Source of the DNA: the human T2T-CHM13v2.0 reference genome, Homo sapiens
DNA: 64,000 nucleotides
NCBI RefSeq assembly: GCF_009914755.1
Contig: NC_060929.1
Reading direction: 5' to 3' (one strand)
In this document: piece by piece, positions 56,546-64,000 of the stretch
How the letters are laid out: every line of letters starts with the position of its first letter
Numbering within the stretch: the stretch's first letter is position 1
The notes under the pieces: model-generated
Databases searched by the model: none
Told to the model about the DNA's origin: nothing
What the model saw: only the letters and a program-made list of their open reading frames with translations
Translations under genes and position numbers: made by a program

Positions 56546-58561
56546 GATAGTCCCTTACTAAAAAGAAGGGCTATCCTATCAGGGGAACAGATTGTATAAA
56601 ACAAACGCATGGAGAAAGTCTGAAAGATTGAGGACAAATGCCTGTATCATTGAGGTGCTTAGAAATATGAATAAAGCTGGCAAGGTAGGCAGAACGTAGA
56701 GCACAAAGAGACTTATTTATTTGGACTTCTTTTATGAATGCTACAAGAACTGTTAAAAGGTTTTGAACCAAATAATGGCATAATGAACAGAGCTTTACAA
56801 AAATTTTCCTGGAAACCATATATTGGATGGAAGGAAAGTTTACGGGTTGGCAGTGAAGATAGGAAGATACTCTAGTAGTAATCCAGGAAGAGTTACCTGA
56901 AGAATAGTGACTGTAATTGGTGTAATAGTGAATGTGATTGGAAGGAACAGCAGGGATGAATTGAGAAACATTCGAGGTTGCTATCCTCTTACTACCAGAG
57001 ATCTGGGAAGCCTCATCAGTTATTGAAAGCTATTTGGTAAACTTAGTCTTTACCAAAATAAATCATCTATCTTACTTTAGAAATCAACCTACCACAAAAG
57101 ATGGATAAACAAAACAAGTCATGGGGATTGACTTCTCAAAAGACTGGAAAAGCTCCCTTTTCCATGCTGCTATATTTATCTACTCAAATATATATATTGT
57201 GATGCATTGATATTATATCATTTTACATCATTTCATTTATTTCATTTTTGAACTTAATTGCACCTATAAGTAATTTATCAGCAAGCTTTCTTCAAATTGT
57301 GCTCTAAGAAGGGTTACTCAGGAAGGTGTATTGTAGCCTCTGAAAACCTTCCTTGTCATAGAGGTTCTTGTTTGCTCCAACCACAGGAAATATTTCCTCT
57401 GGACATGTGTTTTGATTGTGATCTGAAGGCATGGGGTTTCTCTTACTTGGGGTTATATGACATTCTCCTTATGGAATACGGAGAAAATCAGCTTTTTCAC
57501 TGACACATTCTGTTATGGATGTAGTGCTGATTTTAAAGAGTATTTGCCCTAGGACCATGATATATGATGTTCTAGAAATTTCCCAACTTTAGAGAATAAG
57601 ATATGAATTGAACAAATCAATTTAGCAAACCAATGAAGTAATGAGATATTAATACAAAACCAAATGGACCTATATATCCCATTTCAAGGAAATCATGAAA
57701 ATGATAATTTTCTATTGAAGTTTATCTTGGGTTAAGCAATAAATGGCACCATATAAAACAGGAACTGTTGGAGAGCATTTTATCTGTTCTCAACTGCTAT
57801 GTGGGCAAATAAGGCAGATGAAAATCTCAGTGTTCTCACTGAATAATAAGATGGTCTTTCGGGTCTCAAGTATATTTTTGGAGTCTTCCATCTAAGCTGT
57901 CAGGAACATACACCAATAACTTCCAGAAGAGGAAAACAAACCCATCATAGGACTGAAAATTTGGCATTACATATTATCCTTAGACAATGGTTATAGGCCT
58001 CTGCCTTTTATCTCCACCTTAATATAGTAATGATGTACCTACTGTGTGCCAAGCACTGTGTCCTATGCTGGGACTATAGCACCAAACGAAAGAGACCAGG
58101 TGCTTTCCCTCAAGGAGGATAGGATGTAATTTCAGAAACACACCAATAAATAATTACAGTACAATGTGATAATGAGGCCAATTGGTGTAATAGTTCCAAG
58201 TACATCTAGAATGCCCAATTAAAATGAATAGTAGAGGGAGGCACAAATAACAAAGAAAAAATTTGCTACTCTTTCTCATTAACCAAGGATGGATGCACAG
58301 ATAAGTAACTCTAGGTGAGAAAATATATTACATTTGATAGAGTTCAAAAAATAACCTGAAATTGGGAATTCAGTAAAAATAGACAGTTACAAAAAAGAAA
58401 ATATTATACACTAGCATAACCTAACACATAGTAGATATTCAATAATTACCAAGTAAATGAAGTAATAAATAGGCCTTTTGTATAATACGGGAAAGAAAAT
58501 ATTTAGTAGATCTAACCCAGCGGAATCTTCCCCTTTTTGGAAAATGGTACTACATCTGTAC

Positions 58562-59076
58562 CAGAGGTCCCCAACCTTTTTGGCACCAGGGACTGGTTTT
58601 GTGGAAGACAATTTTTCCATGGACCTGGGGTGGGTGGGGGGATGGTTTGGGGGTGATTCAAGCACATTACATTTATTGTGCACTTTATTTCTTTAATTAT
58701 TACATTGTAATATATAATGAAATAATTATACAACTCACCATAATGTAGAATCAGTGGGAGCCCTGAGCTTGTTTTCCTCACCTCACAAATGGTCCCATTT
58801 GGGGGTGATGGGAGACAGTGACGGATTAGCAGGCATTAGATTCTCATAAGGAGCACACAACCTAGATGCCTCGCATGCACAGTTCACAATAGGATTTGTG
58901 CTCCTGTGAGAATCTAATGCTGCTGCTGATCTGACAGGAGGTGGAGCTCAGGTGGTAATGTGAGTGATGGGAGGCGGCTGTAAATACAGATGAAGCTTAC
59001 TTACTCACCCACCACTCACCTACTGCCTTTCAGCCCACTTCCTATTAGGCCATGGACCAGAGGTTGGGGACCACTG
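58562..59076 (-). mobile_element. MER1A (hAT-Charlie)
   Basis: cagaggtccccaacctttttggcaccagggactgg...ggttggggaccactg; internal palindrome gcattagattctca...tgagaatctaatgc; TSD atctgtac / gtctatac. Confidence 0.92.
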
Positions 59077-59084
59077 GTCTATAC

Positions 59085-59500
59085 AGCAACTAAAGCCTTA
59101 AATTTAAGAGTTATCTTTAGCTTCTTCTTTTCTCTCATGCCTAGCTCTACTCCATTTGTCAGTCTCATACTTCATGCTTCTAAAATATCTTAGAATTTAA
59201 TCTCATGCTTTCTACTTCTGCTGCCACTAACCTAGTCTAAGCCATAATCCTTTTGCATGCATGACTGCAGCCTACTCCCTTTTTTTCCCATTTCCACTTC
59301 TCTGACCTCTAAACTGTTTTCCACATAGTGAACTTCTGAAAACACAAATTGGATTATATCTTTATACTTCTCCGCATGTCTCCAGACTTTCCATCCCTTT
59401 CCTAGAGTATTCCAGTGCCTTCCCATTGTACTTAGTCTAAACTCATTACCATAGGTTACATGCTCTGAATGACCTTGCCCCTGCATCATCCTGAAACAAA
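59085..59500 (+). mobile_element. Decayed L2
   Basis: ctgccactaacctagtctaagcca...ttccagtgccttcccattgtacttag. Confidence 0.6.
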
Positions 59501-59556
59501 TTGTGGGATTTATTCATTTTTTCGAAAAAAAAAATATATACATATATATATGTATA

Positions 59557-59755
59557 TATTTTTTTTTTTGAGACAGAGTCTCACTCTGTCACCCAGGCTG
59601 GAATGCAGTGGCAAGAGCTCAGCTCACTGCAATCTCTGCCTCCTGGGTTCAAGCGATTCTCCTGCCTCAGCCTCCTAAGTAGCTAGGATCATAGGCGCCC
59701 GCCACCATGCCCAGCTAATTTTTGTATTTTTAGTAAAGATGGGGTTTTGCCATGT
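59557..59755 (-). mobile_element. 5'-truncated AluS
   Basis: ttttgagacagagtctcactctgtcacccaggctgg...ggggttttgccatgt, followed by unique sequence. Confidence 0.88.
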
Positions 59756-60899
59756 ATAGGAAGACAGAAGGGGTTTTATTTAGCCCATTTAATCAACTAC
59801 TAACTAAAATGCATTCCTGGATTGTCTTTCACAGGCACCATGAACCTGATTGAAGTTTTCTGTTGGTTGAAGTTACCTGAAATTTTGAAAATTCTTATTT
59901 CTCTTGACATTTATATTATTTTACTTAATTGCTTACTGCCTTTGGCATTTTTTGAAACTTGAAAATTATTGTAATCCTGTCCTACATTTGAAATAATTTA
60001 TAATGATAAGGAATTGAATCCAGCAACTCATTCATTCTGAATGTTTGGAATATCATAGATTATTATGTACTCTAAGAATCCTAAATTTATTACTAATTAT
60101 ACGCCCATTTGAATTACAAGCAATAAGGGAAATAATAATGTCAATCTAAAATAGCATAAAGTCATTCTTATTTTTGTGTTTTATTTTGTCTACTTGTTCC
60201 ACAAAAGTATTGTTATAATATTGGGATGGAATTTATTAATTATCTAATCCAAAATAATAATACATGGCATGTAACCATTATATAAATGCTTTGTGGGACA
60301 GTAAGACATATTACTTTAAATGAAACCCTATTTTACCTGGTAATGTCTACTCTTTGACCACAGTTTTGCCTTCTGTATTATATCAGATAAATCTTCTACA
60401 TTAAATTTACTAATATAAAATAGAGTCATGTTGAGTACATAAAATTTATGCAAATGCATCATATTCTCTCTATTCCCCTCTCCTACATAAAAAGTGGGAG
60501 GGAAGAGAGAGAGAGAAAAGGGAACAATTTAAATAGTGCTGGGCATTCTAGTCCAGCATATGCCCAGGAGTGAAAATGAAATGGGAAACATATATCTCCT
60601 TTCCCTAGCTGTTTGAGTTCCCGCTATCTTTCTATTATGTGAGCACTGCATTTAAAGATAAACCTTTACATGCAACTAAACACAAGGCAACCATGTAACA
60701 TTTTCTAGTGCTTCATGGAAAACAAATAGCCATAAATCCTAAAATAGGAGGAAACCTGTTGATCCTGGGGTGCTGGACCAATTGAAATTTGTGTAACATG
60801 CTGGACTATGGTATTTTCCTAAGGATTTTTCAGGATAATTTGATTTTCACAGTAAGACCTACAATTAAAACTCTATCACTAAATTAGATATAATTCTAT

Positions 60900-61130
60900 T
60901 TAACTCGAAGACCATTTTATACTCCGGAGTTTTTCTTCTGCAAGCTAAAAGAGCCTAAGTTTTTAACATTATTGTGTATAATATTGTTGTCACATATCAG
61001 TCTCTTATTTGGATTTGCTTTTCACTGAATGCATTTAATTTTCCAGTGTTCCATTAAAGTCATACCCCCCCAAACCCTGTTTATATCTCAGACATGGTGT
61101 GGTCTTTACAGAGAATAATGGGATACTACA
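60900..61130 (-). mobile_element. Possible L3/CR1 relic
   Basis: ttttcttctgcaagctaaaa...cctaagtttttaac...ctgaatgcatttaattttccagtgttcc...ggtgtggtct. Confidence 0.45.
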
Positions 61131-61169
61131 CTTCTGTTAGTGTGGGGTGTTCCCTTGTTGTTACACCTT

Positions 61170-62690
<1,521 letters not shown>

Positions 62691-63174
62691 CCGTTACACC
62701 TTTTATTCCTGAGTTATCACTACTTTTCTAGTTGTAGATACTGCTGCTCCTGTGTCTGGGCTCACCACTATGTGAGCAAGCTACTTAATGAGTCTACACC
62801 TCAATATTATAATTTCTAAAATGGGAATAGCAATACCTACCTCGTTAAAATTAAAGACATGACAATTATATTATGCCAGGCACATGATAAGTGTTCAGTA
62901 TTGGTAAATGCCCCAACTCTTGCTCATGTTCATTCTGTTTTCCCTTTCCAGTACTCAACTGTCTAGGTTTGAATGTAAACTGTCTTCCAAGTCAGGTTAA
63001 TTACTTGTGGAAAAATTACACTACAAAAGCATTTGTCTTTGTTATGTTTAATAATTTATAATCTAATTTTTATCATCTGAAATTCCAGAATAATTACAAA
63101 TTATCAAGTGTTGTGTTATGTAACTTTTGTACCTTCCCTGCTCATGCCATGTACTTTGTGTATTTTGAAATCAT

Positions 63175-64000
63175 AAGCATCTTTTCAACAAATATTTGCT
63201 GAGTACCTAATGTGAGCCAGACAGTGACTTAGGCACAGAGGATAGAAGACATGGTGGGGAGCAAAACAGCTGAGATTATGTTTTAGTGGTGTGAAACAAG
63301 TGAAAAAGAATAAATAAACATGGACACATTGTAAAATAATAAAGAAATATGCAGATAATTAAGGTGATGCAAAAGATAGTGATGAGGTGGTTCCTTTTTA
63401 TATAGAATGGTCAGGAAATTGGCATTTAAGCTGAGCCTAAATGACAAGCAGACATCCTGCAAAGATTGAAAGAAAGGTAATGCAAAGGCCCTCAGGTGAG
63501 CAAATCCATTGTATTGAAGGAGTAGAAATGTGTACCATGTAGGGGAATGAGAGGGAGTGGTCTGTGATGTATGTATCAGTGAAATAAGCTTTGAGGGCCA
63601 ATGGTCTTTAAATTTTATTCAAAGTATAATGGTAAATTTTAAGGGCAATGACATGGACTGATGTTGTTTTTAAAAGATTGCTATTATAAGTATGTGGAAA
63701 ATGGATTTGGAAGTAAGGAGTTATCACTGTGTGGAAAATGGATTTGGAAGTAGGGAGCTTGTGATAACAGACAGATCAGTTAGGAGGTTTTAACAGTAGT
63801 CCAAGTGGAAGTTGGTCTTAGAGTAGGCTAATAGAGGACCTAGTGAAGAATTCTTAGGTCATGCATATGTTTTAGCAGTAAAGTTCCCAAGACTTGCTAG
63901 TAGGTTTGATTTAGAATAAGGGAGAGAGAGGAATCAGGAGGATTCCTATATTTTAGCTTGAAAAACTGGGTAAATGGTGCAGCTTTCAGACATGGGAAGA
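63175..64000 (-). mobile_element. L2
   Basis: ttcaacaaatatttgctgagtacctaatgtgagccagacag; tgcaaaggccctcaggtg; gaggaatcaggaggattcc. Confidence 0.75.

Overview
Primate (almost certainly human or great ape) genomic DNA, AT-rich and dense in repeats. It lies inside the NHEJ gene XRCC4 on the + strand. Only one protein-coding exon is present, at 47296-47443 (148 nt, [48 protein letters not shown]; probably exon 7). More than 47 kb of intron lies upstream and more than 16 kb downstream. The introns contain old L1M/L1ME copies, an L1MA, several 5'-truncated L1PA copies (one young, L1PA2-like, with a perfect 15-bp TSD), about 16 Alu or Alu-monomer insertions, MLT1 LTRs, hAT and Tigger DNA transposon relics, and MIR/L2/CR1 fragments. 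The listed ORFs are mostly L1 ORF2 remnants, Alu read-through or chance frames. I found no new multi-gene system. The most interesting signals are: inverted homologous L1PA 3' ends bracketing the exon; a perfect GTAAGT donor 5 nt inside the exon; several local short duplications and fold-back templated insertions in otherwise unique DNA; a 17-nt twin-priming inversion; and decayed monomer repeats in an ancient L1 5' UTR. Repeat subfamily calls were made by eye and boundaries are approximate.
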